From contig CAJWLU010000006.1 of the NCBI GenBank assembly GCA_913043225.1, positions 32,001 through 96,000 on the forward strand: 64,000 nucleotides of DNA. The letters run 5' to 3'. Positions 20,515-29,957 of the stretch are shown here, piece after piece; position 1 is the stretch's first letter; each line of letters starts with the position of its first letter. Below the pieces are notes generated by a model, which was given only the letters and a program-made list of their open reading frames with translations, did not search any database and was not told the origin of the DNA. A program made the translations under genes and the position numbers. The stretch comes from an uncultured Acidobacteriota bacterium. GTDB lineage: Bacteria > Acidobacteriota > Vicinamibacteria > Vicinamibacterales > UBA8438.

Positions 20515-22124
20515 TGAGACGCACCTTTATTAGCGTCGTGCTCATCGCCCTGACCGCCGGGTCGGCCACGGCGCAGGAATTTCCTCCTGGGTTCGTCGAT
20601 CCCGCGCCGCTGTTGGCGGCCGCCGAGGTCGAGATCAATGCGGCCGCCCTTCGTTGTATCAGCTTTTCGGGAAATGGCTACAACGGGGCTGTAGGGCAAA
20701 CGTTCGAGAACGCGGTGAACATCGATTGGCCACGCATCGGGTCACTGAGCAACTACACCCGCGTGATCAACTGGAACACCGAGACCAGTATCGAAACGTT
20801 TGAGCGTGAGCCCGGCTTGAATCCAGCCTCGTGGAAGTACGGGCTGGGCTGGATCGGCGGTACCCCGACGCAGCAGGCGCGCCAGCAGACACACATCACG
20901 GTGGGCGGGCAGTCGTGGCACATTGACGGCGACGGCGAGCCGGTGGCGATTCCTCCAGAAATTGCGGAGGTCTACCGTCTCGATATGTGGCTGAACCCGC
21001 ATGGTTTCCTTAAGGCAGCGCGGCTCCCGGGGGCCGATCCGGTGGCCTTCTGGCGCTGGGAGCAGATTGAGAAGGGCCGTGATGGCAATGTGGTGGCGCC
21101 GGTGAAGATGCACGTGGTGGCGATCACCATGTTCGGCAAGTACCGGGTCGACGCCACGATCAACCCGGACAATCAGATCCAGCGGCTGAAGACCACGGTC
21201 AACGATCCCACGCTGGGCGATTTCAACATCGAGCACGAGTCGACCAATCAGGTCACGGTGAACGGCATCAAATGGCCGACCAACTGGCACTCGCACCAAG
21301 GGTGGGACGACAACTGGCAGTTCTTTCGGCAGAGCACTGGCCACAATGCGTATGGCGGTAGTTTCCCGGACATCGTGGCCAACACCTGCCCTGACCCGGT
21401 GACGGTGCCGCAGGCGGTTCGCGACGCAAGCTTCCCTGCGCCGGTGACGGTCGATGAGATGGCCGACGGGGTCTATCGGCTAGGTGGCGGTCCGGCCAAC
21501 AGCTATATGGTCGAGTTCTCGGACTTCGTAGCGGTGTTTGAAGCGCCGGGCGACGAGCGACGCAGCCTGACCGTCATCGAGGAGGTCGTCAAGCTGGCGC
21601 CAGGCAAGCCTATCCGCTGGTTGATTTCGTCCCATCCGCACTTTGATCACATCGGTGGACTGCGCAGCTATTTGCACATCGGGTCGACCATCGTGACCCA
21701 TATGTCGAATCTGGAATTCCTGAACACCGATGTCTTGACCTATGAGTCGAGGACGGTCGAGCCCGACATCGTCTCGCTATGGCCGCCAACCGAGCTATCG
21801 GAAGGCTACAACTACGAGGCGATTCAGGAGCGCTACACCATCACCGATGACGAGCGATTGCTGCACGTCTACTATGTGCAGCCGTTGCAGCATGTAAGTG
21901 GAATGCTCATGGCATTCCTGCCCGAGGAAGGAATTGCATTCCAGGCTGACCTGTTCGATACGCATGAGCCACCGAAGGCGGCCCAGCTGCCGGCGATGCG
22001 CAGCTTGAATACCCAGGTCGCACGGATGGGGCTCGACGTGGGGACTCTGGCCCCGGTGCATGGCGCACCGGTGCCGTGGAGTGAGTTTGTATCTGCACTA
22101 CGGACGCTCGAGGCACAGAACTGA
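20511..22124 (+). CDS. Secreted protein with C-terminal MBL-fold hydrolase domain
   Basis: Signal peptide, SSHPHFDHIGGLR, FQADLF and APVHG. Confidence 0.8.
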   Translation: MMRRTFISVVLIALTAGSATAQEFPPGFVDPAPLLAAAEVEINAAALRCISFSGNGYNGAVGQTFENAVNIDWPRIGSLSNYTRVINWNTETSIETFEREPGLNPASWKYGLGWIGGTPTQQARQQTHITVGGQSWHIDGDGEPVAIPPEIAEVYRLDMWLNPHGFLKAARLPGADPVAFWRWEQIEKGRDGNVVAPVKMHVVAITMFGKYRVDATINPDNQIQRLKTTVNDPTLGDFNIEHESTNQVTVNGIKWPTNWHSHQGWDDNWQFFRQSTGHNAYGGSFPDIVANTCPDPVTVPQAVRDASFPAPVTVDEMADGVYRLGGGPANSYMVEFSDFVAVFEAPGDERRSLTVIEEVVKLAPGKPIRWLISSHPHFDHIGGLRSYLHIGSTIVTHMSNLEFLNTDVLTYESRTVEPDIVSLWPPTELSEGYNYEAIQERYTITDDERLLHVYYVQPLQHVSGMLMAFLPEEGIAFQADLFDTHEPPKAAQLPAMRSLNTQVARMGLDVGTLAPVHGAPVPWSEFVSALRTLEAQN

Positions 22125-22148
22125 TTGAATTGGAAGGGGAGGTCTCTA

Positions 22149-23246
22149 ATGAAGAAGCTGATAGCGCTGATTCCCGGGCTTGCGTTGGCTGCGTGCTCGT
22201 CGTCGCCCGAGGCCACCACGGCGCCCGATGAGGGCGCTGCTGGCGTGGTGATGCGGCCGGCGCCCGGCGTCGACATCGATCGGAGCGCTGCGCCAGGACA
22301 GGTGGTCGACCAGGATGGACGACCTGGTTGGTATCCGCATGAGGGTGCGCTGATGGAGTACAGCGTGGACATTCGGTTCGGGCAGGAGCCGCACACGATG
22401 CCTGACGGCTGGAGTTTTGGCAGGGTGTCGGCGGTAGCGACGGACTCGGGCGGTGACGTCTACGTATTCCATCGGGGTGATGTGGCAGATCCGATCGTGG
22501 TGTTCAACGCCGCGGGCACCTACCAGCGGTCATTTGGTGCGGACATGGACTTTGGCAACGAGCATGGTCTTCGGATCGATCGGCACGACAACGTGTGGGT
22601 GACCGACAACGGGAACCACCGTGTGATGAAGCTCTCGAAAGAGGGCGAGGTGCTGATGAGCCTTGGCATCAAGGGCGAAGCTGGCACTACCGATGAGACA
22701 TTCGACCGCCCGGCGGATATCGCCTTCGGACCGAACGACGAACTCTACGTGGCTGACGGTTACGGCAACAGTCGCGTCGTGAAGTACGACGCCGAAGGCA
22801 ACTTTGTGACCACCTGGGGTACCCCTGGCTCTGGCCCCGGCGAGTTCGATCTCGTTCACTCCGTCGCGGTGGATTCGACTGGACGCGTGTATGCCAGCGA
22901 CCGCGAAAACAATCGCATACAGATCTTTGATGCTGATGGCACGTTGCTCGACACTTGGAACCACCTGGGCGCTACTCAGAACATCTTCATCACCCCGGAC
23001 GATCAGGTATGGGTGATTACCCATCGCGACAACGTCGAGAACATCACTTACGACACCCTGGCCGGGCGCATCATGCACGTAGACATCAATACCGGTGAGA
23101 TTATCGGAGCGATGGAAAGTCCGGGGCACTGGATTGACGTGGCCGAGACCGGCGACATCTTCATCGGCAGCCTCACCGGCAATGTGTTCCGGTGGTACGA
23201 GGACTGGATGGAGACGGAGGAGGCGGCACAGGCTGAGCGACCGTAG
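22149..23246 (+). CDS. NHL-repeat PAL-like lipoprotein
   Basis: Lipobox LAAC, EHGLRID, ADGYGNSRV, DLVHSVAVD and DRENNRIQ. Confidence 0.85.
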   Translation: MKKLIALIPGLALAACSSSPEATTAPDEGAAGVVMRPAPGVDIDRSAAPGQVVDQDGRPGWYPHEGALMEYSVDIRFGQEPHTMPDGWSFGRVSAVATDSGGDVYVFHRGDVADPIVVFNAAGTYQRSFGADMDFGNEHGLRIDRHDNVWVTDNGNHRVMKLSKEGEVLMSLGIKGEAGTTDETFDRPADIAFGPNDELYVADGYGNSRVVKYDAEGNFVTTWGTPGSGPGEFDLVHSVAVDSTGRVYASDRENNRIQIFDADGTLLDTWNHLGATQNIFITPDDQVWVITHRDNVENITYDTLAGRIMHVDINTGEIIGAMESPGHWIDVAETGDIFIGSLTGNVFRWYEDWMETEEAAQAERP

Positions 23247-23439
23247 TGGACAATGGGAAGAGGCGCACTCGCGCTAGGCCGCCACGTGCGGGGACAGACC
23301 TGAGTTGGAGTTCGCTCTTTGGGCCGTTGGCGTAGTGGTGCTGCCCATGGGGCGCTTGTGGAGGGTTGGAGGATGACATGTTCAGGAACCTGCGTAGAGT
23401 TGAACTAACCCATCTATGCGATGGTGGAAAGGGGGCACG

Positions 23440-24057
23440 ATGAGGATTCGCGCACTTGCGGTGATGCTGGTTATGACGGCTTGTGGCACGTCTGCTGCAC
23501 ACATGGCGCTGGCGCAAAACGCGATGGCCGAAGGTCTCCTCACAGACACGTGGGGTAATCCCCTTCAGGGTGTTGAGATAGAAGCCCGGCGGGCGGATGG
23601 CGGCGGCGCTCCGCGGACGGCTGAGACCGACGACGACGGCGAGTTCCGGATGATGGGTATGGACTCTGCTACCTACGAGTTCACGTACCGGATCTTCGGG
23701 TATATTGGCGCCCGCCAGATCCGAGACGTCAGCCCAGGACGGAGGAGGGGGCGCCTGACTGCTATCGAGCTCGAGCTTGACGGCAGTGGTCTATACCTTC
23801 AGGAAGAGCTCTCATTCGAAGCGGAGGGCGGAACGCCCAGCGTCACGCTCAAATCTGACGGCATGTTCGAATTCGAAGACGCGGAAGGCGAGGGGGAAGG
23901 GAACTACTCTATCGAGGATCTGAGTGCCATTCTGATCGTGCGTGACTACGATGGCCCGGACGACAAGTACTCGATCGCCGAGCCGGTCGTCGTAACGACC
24001 CCGGACAATTCGTTTTCGAGTCTTGCCTGGGGCGAGACGAGTCTCGCGAGGAACTAG
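23440..24057 (+). CDS. Secreted protein with carboxypeptidase-regulatory-like (CarboxypepD_reg) domain
   Basis: G-x-L-T-D-x-x-G-N-P-L-x-G-V-x-I and TDDDGEFR pattern. Confidence 0.7.
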   Translation: MRIRALAVMLVMTACGTSAAHMALAQNAMAEGLLTDTWGNPLQGVEIEARRADGGGAPRTAETDDDGEFRMMGMDSATYEFTYRIFGYIGARQIRDVSPGRRRGRLTAIELELDGSGLYLQEELSFEAEGGTPSVTLKSDGMFEFEDAEGEGEGNYSIEDLSAILIVRDYDGPDDKYSIAEPVVVTTPDNSFSSLAWGETSLARN

Positions 24058-24246
24058 GAGGCGCCAGCGCGCTGCACGATGGTGACAGGGTGTGCTGGGT
24101 AAGACGAAGTGACGGGCGCGTAGGCCGTGGCGCGGTTACTCGGGTGGCCCTATAACGAGGCCGACCCCGAACGCCCACCTGTGTCGGCGAGAGTCGGAAA
24201 GATGGCCGATCTGTCTGGTGAAGCCTAGCTGTGGCGAGGGAGCAGC

Positions 24247-24705
24247 GTGAGCATCAAGAACGAGTTGCAGAACGAACTGGTGGATTCCCTGCGGGCGCAG
24301 GACCGCAATCGGGCCGACGTCGTGCGGCAGATCACAACCGAGGTGGCGCGGGCCATGAAGGCGCCCGGTTTCGAGGGAGACGAAGACGACGCCCTCTACC
24401 AGAAGACCATCGGGAGCTACGCCAAGAAGATGACTAAGGCGCTGGCCGACTATGACCGACTGGGTCAGTCAGATTCGGACCCCGCCGCGAAGCTGCGCTT
24501 CGAGGTGGACTATCTCGGGCGGTGGCTCCCGAAGGCGCTATCCGAGGAGGAGATTGTGGCGCTGGTGGACGAAGCTGTTCAGGCGGTCGGTGCCATGGAT
24601 ATGAAGGGCATGGGACAGGTCATGGGACACCTGAAGAAGGGCCATCCCGACCTGGACGGTGCGATCGCCAGCCGGCTTGTCAAAGCCCGTCTGAGCGGCG
24701 GCTAG
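24247..24705 (+). CDS. GatB/YqeY domain-containing protein
   Basis: WLPKALSEEEI and MKGMGQVMG, about 150 aa as expected for YqeY. Confidence 0.85.
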   Translation: MSIKNELQNELVDSLRAQDRNRADVVRQITTEVARAMKAPGFEGDEDDALYQKTIGSYAKKMTKALADYDRLGQSDSDPAAKLRFEVDYLGRWLPKALSEEEIVALVDEAVQAVGAMDMKGMGQVMGHLKKGHPDLDGAIASRLVKARLSGG

Positions 24706-25109
24706 TCGACGGAGAAGTGCTCCTTCGCCCGATAGAGCGCCACGGTTGGTACTAGGAAGACCGCGAAGGGGATAAGTCCCCCGAGTAACGATCCCTGCCG
24801 CGCTCCGAAGACCCCCATCGCGATGGCTACCTGCGCCGCGTACACCGCAGCCCAGGGCCACATCCACCGCTTCATCCTCCAGAAGCCGTAGGCGCCGGCC
24901 CCGTAGATGGCCCAGTGCAGTGGTTCGGTCGCCTTGGCCGCCCAGCCGGTGAGCATGAAGCCGAACCATACCTCCTGGTCCTCGGCCACTGGTTTCAGAA
25001 AGATGTCGAAGGGCATGTAGACCAGCGTCATGAAGAGGCAGAAGGCAAAGAGCGGTTGCATCCACCAGGGGCGCCGGCGCCACTGTGCCGCCAGATCCAG
25101 GGCTGCCAT
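24702..25109 (-). CDS. Hypothetical membrane protein
   Basis: GGAG RBS before ATG 25109 and four hydrophobic segments (DQEVWFG, EPLHWAIY). Confidence 0.7.
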   Translation of the reverse strand: MAALDLAAQWRRRPWWMQPLFAFCLFMTLVYMPFDIFLKPVAEDQEVWFGFMLTGWAAKATEPLHWAIYGAGAYGFWRMKRWMWPWAAVYAAQVAIAMGVFGARQGSLLGGLIPFAVFLVPTVALYRAKEHFSVD

Positions 25110-25219
25110 CGATTGGCTCCTTTCTTCGCCAGCGTAGCCTACGGGCACCGAAGAGCGCCAGTCGACGACTATAATCGGCTCGTTCTCTCGTAGCAGCAAG
25201 ATCGAAGGAGGTCGTCCGA

Positions 25220-26230
25220 ATGGGTCCCAAATTCTTCTCTCGAAGAGTCGCCCCACTGGTGCTGGCCGCGACATTTGGAGTGACGGTCTCCGCCTGGGTC
25301 CAACCGTCGGCCCAGGGGACGCTTCTGGTGTTACTGCGCGATTCGAGCCAGTTAGCCATCGTCGACCCGACAACGGGTGAGACTCTGGCGAAGGTTCCGA
25401 CTGGTCGCGACCCGCATGAGGTGACGGCGTCCGACGATGGACGACTGGCGTTTGTGGCCAGCATGGTCGACGGGATCTCGGTGATCGATCTGGAGACCCG
25501 TGAGGAGGTCCGCCGAGTTGACCCTGGTCCCGGGAGCGAGACCCACGATCTGTTGTATCTCGACGGTAAGGTCTATTTCACCATCGAGGGCTACAAGTCG
25601 ATCGGGCGTTACGACCCGACGGAGGACACGATCGATTGGACCATCGGGATCGGCGAAGAGGGGGTGCACATGCTGGTGCACGACCCCAGAACAGGTAACC
25701 TGTTCACGCCAAACACTGGGTCGAATACGGTGACTATGATCGAGAATGCGACATCTGGACCGGCCGAGGCCAGAACCATCCATATCGATATTCCCGGGGA
25801 GACGCCGGAGGCGCTTGATCTGTCTCCGGATGGGAGCGAACTGTGGACCGCCACACGGGCGGACGGCGGCGTCTCGGTAATCGATGTGGCTCGCCGCGAG
25901 GTGGTTGCCGATATGGACTTGGGGATGATTGACGCCAATCGGCTGCGCTTCACGCCAGACGGTCGGGTGCTGATCATTGACGGCGAGGCGGCCCAACTGC
26001 TGGTGATGGACTCGCGCTCGCGCGAGGTTGTCGAACGGGTCAGTCTGGGAGAGGTCGATACGGGTGACGGCGCCCTCCTGGTGGGACCCGACGGGCGCTA
26101 TGCCTATGTCGGCCTTCGCGCGATCGATATGGTTGCGATTGTGAACCTTGAGACCTTGGAAGTCACGATGGAACTGAGCTTCAGCGCTGGCGATGGTCCC
26201 GGTTGTATGTATTGGGTCAGACCGAGCTAG
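25220..26230 (+). CDS. YncE/YVTN-like beta-propeller protein
   Basis: Signal peptide and repeated blades PTGRDPHEV, ETHDL, GVHML, PEALDLSPDG. Confidence 0.8.
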   Translation: MGPKFFSRRVAPLVLAATFGVTVSAWVQPSAQGTLLVLLRDSSQLAIVDPTTGETLAKVPTGRDPHEVTASDDGRLAFVASMVDGISVIDLETREEVRRVDPGPGSETHDLLYLDGKVYFTIEGYKSIGRYDPTEDTIDWTIGIGEEGVHMLVHDPRTGNLFTPNTGSNTVTMIENATSGPAEARTIHIDIPGETPEALDLSPDGSELWTATRADGGVSVIDVARREVVADMDLGMIDANRLRFTPDGRVLIIDGEAAQLLVMDSRSREVVERVSLGEVDTGDGALLVGPDGRYAYVGLRAIDMVAIVNLETLEVTMELSFSAGDGPGCMYWVRPS

Positions 26231-26242
26231 GTGGGGAGCGCG

Positions 26243-27802
26243 ATGGCAAGGTTGAGGCGGGTGGGCCTAGCCTTCGCCACGGTCATCGCCTCGCTTGGTG
26301 GCTGCACGTCCCCGGAACGGCCATTGGTGCCGGTGGAGCCTCTTGAAGTCACCGAAGCCTCTATCGCCGAATTGGGTGAGGCGATGGCGATGGGGCGGGT
26401 CACCTCTGAGGAACTGGTCGAGCGCTATCTTGCCCGAATCGGGGCTTACGACCAGCAAGGCCCGGCGCTGAATACCATCATCGCGTTGAATCCGGATGCG
26501 TCGGATGCGGCGCGTTCGTTGGATGAAGAACGGGCGGCGGGTAATGTCCGGGGCCCCCTACACGGCGTCCCCATCCTGATTAAAGACAACTACGACTTGG
26601 CAGGGATGCCCACGACGAACGGTTCAGTCGCATTGGCGGAACTGATGCCGCCAGATGACGGCTTCCAGGTGCGTCGGCTCAAGGAAGCCGGCGCAGTTAT
26701 CCTGGGCAAGACGAATCTGCACGAGTTCGCGCGCGGCATCACGACGGTTGGCTCGAGAGCAGGGCAGACGCGGAACCCGTACGATACGGAGCGGAATCCC
26801 GGGGGGTCGAGCGGCGGAACGGGCGCGGCTGTAGCCGCCAGCTTTGCTGCAGTGGGCATGGGTAGCGATACCTGTGGGTCGATCCGGATTCCGTCCGCAC
26901 ACAACAACTTGACTGGCCTGCGCGGCACGCAGGGTCTATCTAGCCGAGACGGCGTGTTCCCACTGTCTCATACTCAGGATATCGCTGGACCTATGGCGCG
27001 GTCGGTCACGGACCTGGCCCTAGTGCTCGACGCGACAGTGGGGTCCGATCCAGCCGATCCGGCAACGGCTGACGCTGACGCGAACATCCCAATTAGCTAC
27101 GTGACCGGGCTCGACGCCGGAGCCTTGGCGTCGGCGCGGGTGGGGGTGCTTCGGGGCTACGTTCGCCAGGGCCCGGAAGATGATGCGGTGGGGGCGGTGT
27201 TTGATGGAGCTATGGAGGACCTGGCTCGTCTTGGTGCGGAGGTTGAAGTGGTCGCGATCGACGGCCTGGCGCAGTTGCTCGACAGCTATGTTGTTTTGAG
27301 CAGCGAGTTCAAATTCAGTGTGGAGGGGTATCTGGCCGCCGTCGAGGACGCTCCAGTTTCGACACTGGACGCAATCATCGCGGATGGACGCTACGACGCC
27401 AGCATAGATGAGCGTCTGAACACCTCCAATGCCGTCACGACGCTTGACACGGCGGAGTATCTCGAGGCGTTTGCGCGTCGCGCGGAAACGGCCGCCCGGA
27501 TCATTGCGGTGATGGATGAACGCGATCTGGATGCGTTGCTGTACCCGACCATGCGACAGGTGGCAGCGGAGATCGGTCGCCCGCAAGGCGGCGATAACTG
27601 TCGGATTAGCGCGAATACGGGTCTGCCAGCGCTAACCGTGCAGGCCGGGTTTACCGACGAAGGGATGCCGGTCGGCCTGGAATGGCTGGGTCGTCCATGG
27701 TCGGAGTCCCGGTTGCTGGCCTTGGGCTATGCCTATGAGCAGGGTACTCGCCATAGGAGAGCGCCGGCGAGCACTCCTGTGCTGGGAGAGCGGGCGCAGT
27801 GA
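26243..27802 (+). CDS. Amidase signature family lipoprotein
   Basis: Lipobox LGGC, GPLHGVPILIKDN, GGSSGG and GSDTCGSIRIP. Confidence 0.9.
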   Translation: MARLRRVGLAFATVIASLGGCTSPERPLVPVEPLEVTEASIAELGEAMAMGRVTSEELVERYLARIGAYDQQGPALNTIIALNPDASDAARSLDEERAAGNVRGPLHGVPILIKDNYDLAGMPTTNGSVALAELMPPDDGFQVRRLKEAGAVILGKTNLHEFARGITTVGSRAGQTRNPYDTERNPGGSSGGTGAAVAASFAAVGMGSDTCGSIRIPSAHNNLTGLRGTQGLSSRDGVFPLSHTQDIAGPMARSVTDLALVLDATVGSDPADPATADADANIPISYVTGLDAGALASARVGVLRGYVRQGPEDDAVGAVFDGAMEDLARLGAEVEVVAIDGLAQLLDSYVVLSSEFKFSVEGYLAAVEDAPVSTLDAIIADGRYDASIDERLNTSNAVTTLDTAEYLEAFARRAETAARIIAVMDERDLDALLYPTMRQVAAEIGRPQGGDNCRISANTGLPALTVQAGFTDEGMPVGLEWLGRPWSESRLLALGYAYEQGTRHRRAPASTPVLGERAQ

Positions 27803-28710
27803 CGTCCCGGGTCTCAAAAGAGCGTGGCTGGAGCCGGGATGTTGCTGTCTGGAGTGGCATTGCCCTGCTGGTGGCCTGTGTTGTCGCCGTGGCACTCCCG
27901 GCCTCGACTGAGGCGCAGTCGAGGCCAGGAGACCTCGAAAGCCTCCTGACCCGTGCAGGAGCCCAACTCGAAGAGCACTATCAACGTGCCCAGCGGATCG
28001 TCTCGACCGAGAAGGTGTGGGTGCGGTCCTTCCACCGCAACATGCGGTCGAACGGGTCGCCCCGGCACATGGAGTTCGAGCATCGTGTGGAGTGGGACGC
28101 CGCGGGTGCCGGGCTACCGCCTACCGTGACGGTCTTCCGGGACCTTCTGCAGGTGGATGGGCGTTCGCCTACGGCGGATGATCGGGACGCTTGCCTGATG
28201 CCGGTGGAGGTCGACCAAGATCCCCTGGCGATGCTTCTTCCATATCGACAAAAGGAGTTTTCGTTTCGATTGGTCGGTGATGAACGGGTCGACGACCGCC
28301 AGACGACCCGGGTCGCCTACGAACCGCTCGAACAGGGGGACCCGAAGATTACTTGGGAGGACGACTGTGTCTCGTTGGAACTCCCCGGACACTCGGCGGG
28401 CGAGCTCTGGATCGACCCCGAGACAGGCGACGTGGTCCGGTTGGACGAGCATCTGATGGGCCGTTTTGAGTTCAGAGAGCCGCCCGAGCGGGCCAGGGAC
28501 ATTCCCGCTCGTCTGACGCTCGAAAGGTCCGAACTCAGCATCCGATACAACCGGGTACGCTTTGAGGACCCACCAGAGACGCTCATGCTGCCGGAGGCGG
28601 TCGAGAGCAGTTGGACGTTGGTCGGGCCGAGCTTCGTGCCACGTTATGTGCGGCGGCAAGAGTTTTCGGACCATCGCCGGTTCGTGGGTGACGGTCGTAT
28701 TGTGCGATAG
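27799..28710 (+). CDS. Secreted hypothetical protein
   Basis: Long ORF with an N-terminal hydrophobic helix and GELWIDPETGDVVR motif. GTGA overlap with the amidase. Confidence 0.65.
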   Translation: MTSRVSKERGWSRDVAVWSGIALLVACVVAVALPASTEAQSRPGDLESLLTRAGAQLEEHYQRAQRIVSTEKVWVRSFHRNMRSNGSPRHMEFEHRVEWDAAGAGLPPTVTVFRDLLQVDGRSPTADDRDACLMPVEVDQDPLAMLLPYRQKEFSFRLVGDERVDDRQTTRVAYEPLEQGDPKITWEDDCVSLELPGHSAGELWIDPETGDVVRLDEHLMGRFEFREPPERARDIPARLTLERSELSIRYNRVRFEDPPETLMLPEAVESSWTLVGPSFVPRYVRRQEFSDHRRFVGDGRIVR

Positions 28711-28769
28711 GCGTTCGAGACTGATACCATCTGACGGTTGAAAGTCGTGTGGTCACAGGGAGATACGCG

Positions 28770-29957
28770 ATGAAACGAGTGTTCATAGCCCTCGCCGCGG
28801 GGGTGTTGTTCTTCGTGGCAGGCGATGCACGGGCGCAGACCCAGCAGCCTGTCGAACCGGCGCACGGTGTGCTCGATCCGGACGCCACCACTGACGATCT
28901 CGGGATCGACATCCCGATTCCGGTGTCATACCCCGCTCGGCGCTATCCCGCGTCGCACGATTTCCCAAGTGGACCCGGTATCGGCGAACGCCTACCTGAA
29001 TTCTCGCTACCGAACCAACATGGGGAGTTGGTGGATTTCCACGCCGACCGTGGCGAATCAAAGTCGGTCGTGGTGTTCTACCGCTCGGCCGTATGGTGAC
29101 CGTACTGCCGTACGCAGCTGGTCGAGCTGCAGGACAACTTGGAATTGTTTCAAGCGGAAGGCATCAAGGTCTACGGCATCAGCTACGACACCTCCGAGCA
29201 GCTGCTCGCATTCGCGAGTGACTACGACGTGACCTACGACCTGTTGGCTGATGTCGACTCCGAGGTCATCAAGACATTCGGGATTCTAAATACCCTAATT
29301 GAACCGGATGACCCTGAGCAGAGTAGTGCGGGACGAGGCTTCTACGGCATGCCCTTCCCGGGTGTGTATGTCACAGACGGCAACGGCGTGGTGACCGAGA
29401 AGTTTTTTCATCGTCACTATGGCACCCGTGAGTCCGCCGGCGCGATCCGCGACTCGGCGCTCGGCGAGATCCTTGTTCGGCACGAAGTGCCCGTAGTGGA
29501 GCTAGCTAACGAGCAGGTCAAGATTTCGGCGTTCACGTCAGATCCGTCATTACAATTCGAGACGCAGACCATGGTCTACGTTCGATTCGAGCTGGAGGAT
29601 GGATTGCACATGTACGGGCGTCCGCTTCCTGACGGCTACATTGCGTCGGAAGCGACCATCCCCGATATTTCGGGCCTCCGGGTGGGCGAGGCGCGGTATC
29701 CACCCACGCATGAGCAAGAGTTTCCGCTCCTGGGCGTCACGTTGAATGTCTATGAGGGCGTTGTCGATGTGGCCATTCCGGTAACGCCGAACGCGGAGCG
29801 GTTCACGTCTCGGTTGTCGCAGGAGGTGGATATTCCGATTGAGGTGCTGTTCCAGGCCTGTAGCGACACCATCTGCTACACGCCGCGGACGGAAACATTG
29901 TCGGTGACCCTGCCGATCGAGCCTTTGCTGCGTTCGGGAGAATCAAGGAACCGGTGA
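28770..29957 (+). CDS. Putative selenoprotein: exported AhpC/TSA-type redoxin (UxxC) fused to DsbD N-terminal-like domain
   Basis: ORFs 28749..29099 and 29139..29957 are in the same frame. Read-through of TGA 29097-29099 gives VVVFYRSAVW-U-PYCRTQLVELQ. The C-terminus has FQACSDTICY. Confidence 0.85.
29100..29135 (+). promoter_or_regulatory. Putative bacterial SECIS hairpin
   Basis: GCAGCT(29114-29119)-GGTCG-AGCTGC(29125-29130) stem-loop starts 14 nt after the in-frame TGA and has a G-led, GU-containing loop. Confidence 0.7.

Noticed and set aside
24069..24155. Short frame ALHDGDRVCWVRRSDGRVGRGAVTRVAL, faintly like the EF-Tu C-terminal strands
   Set aside because: Too short and divergent, with no start codon. 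Cannot be supported without a search.
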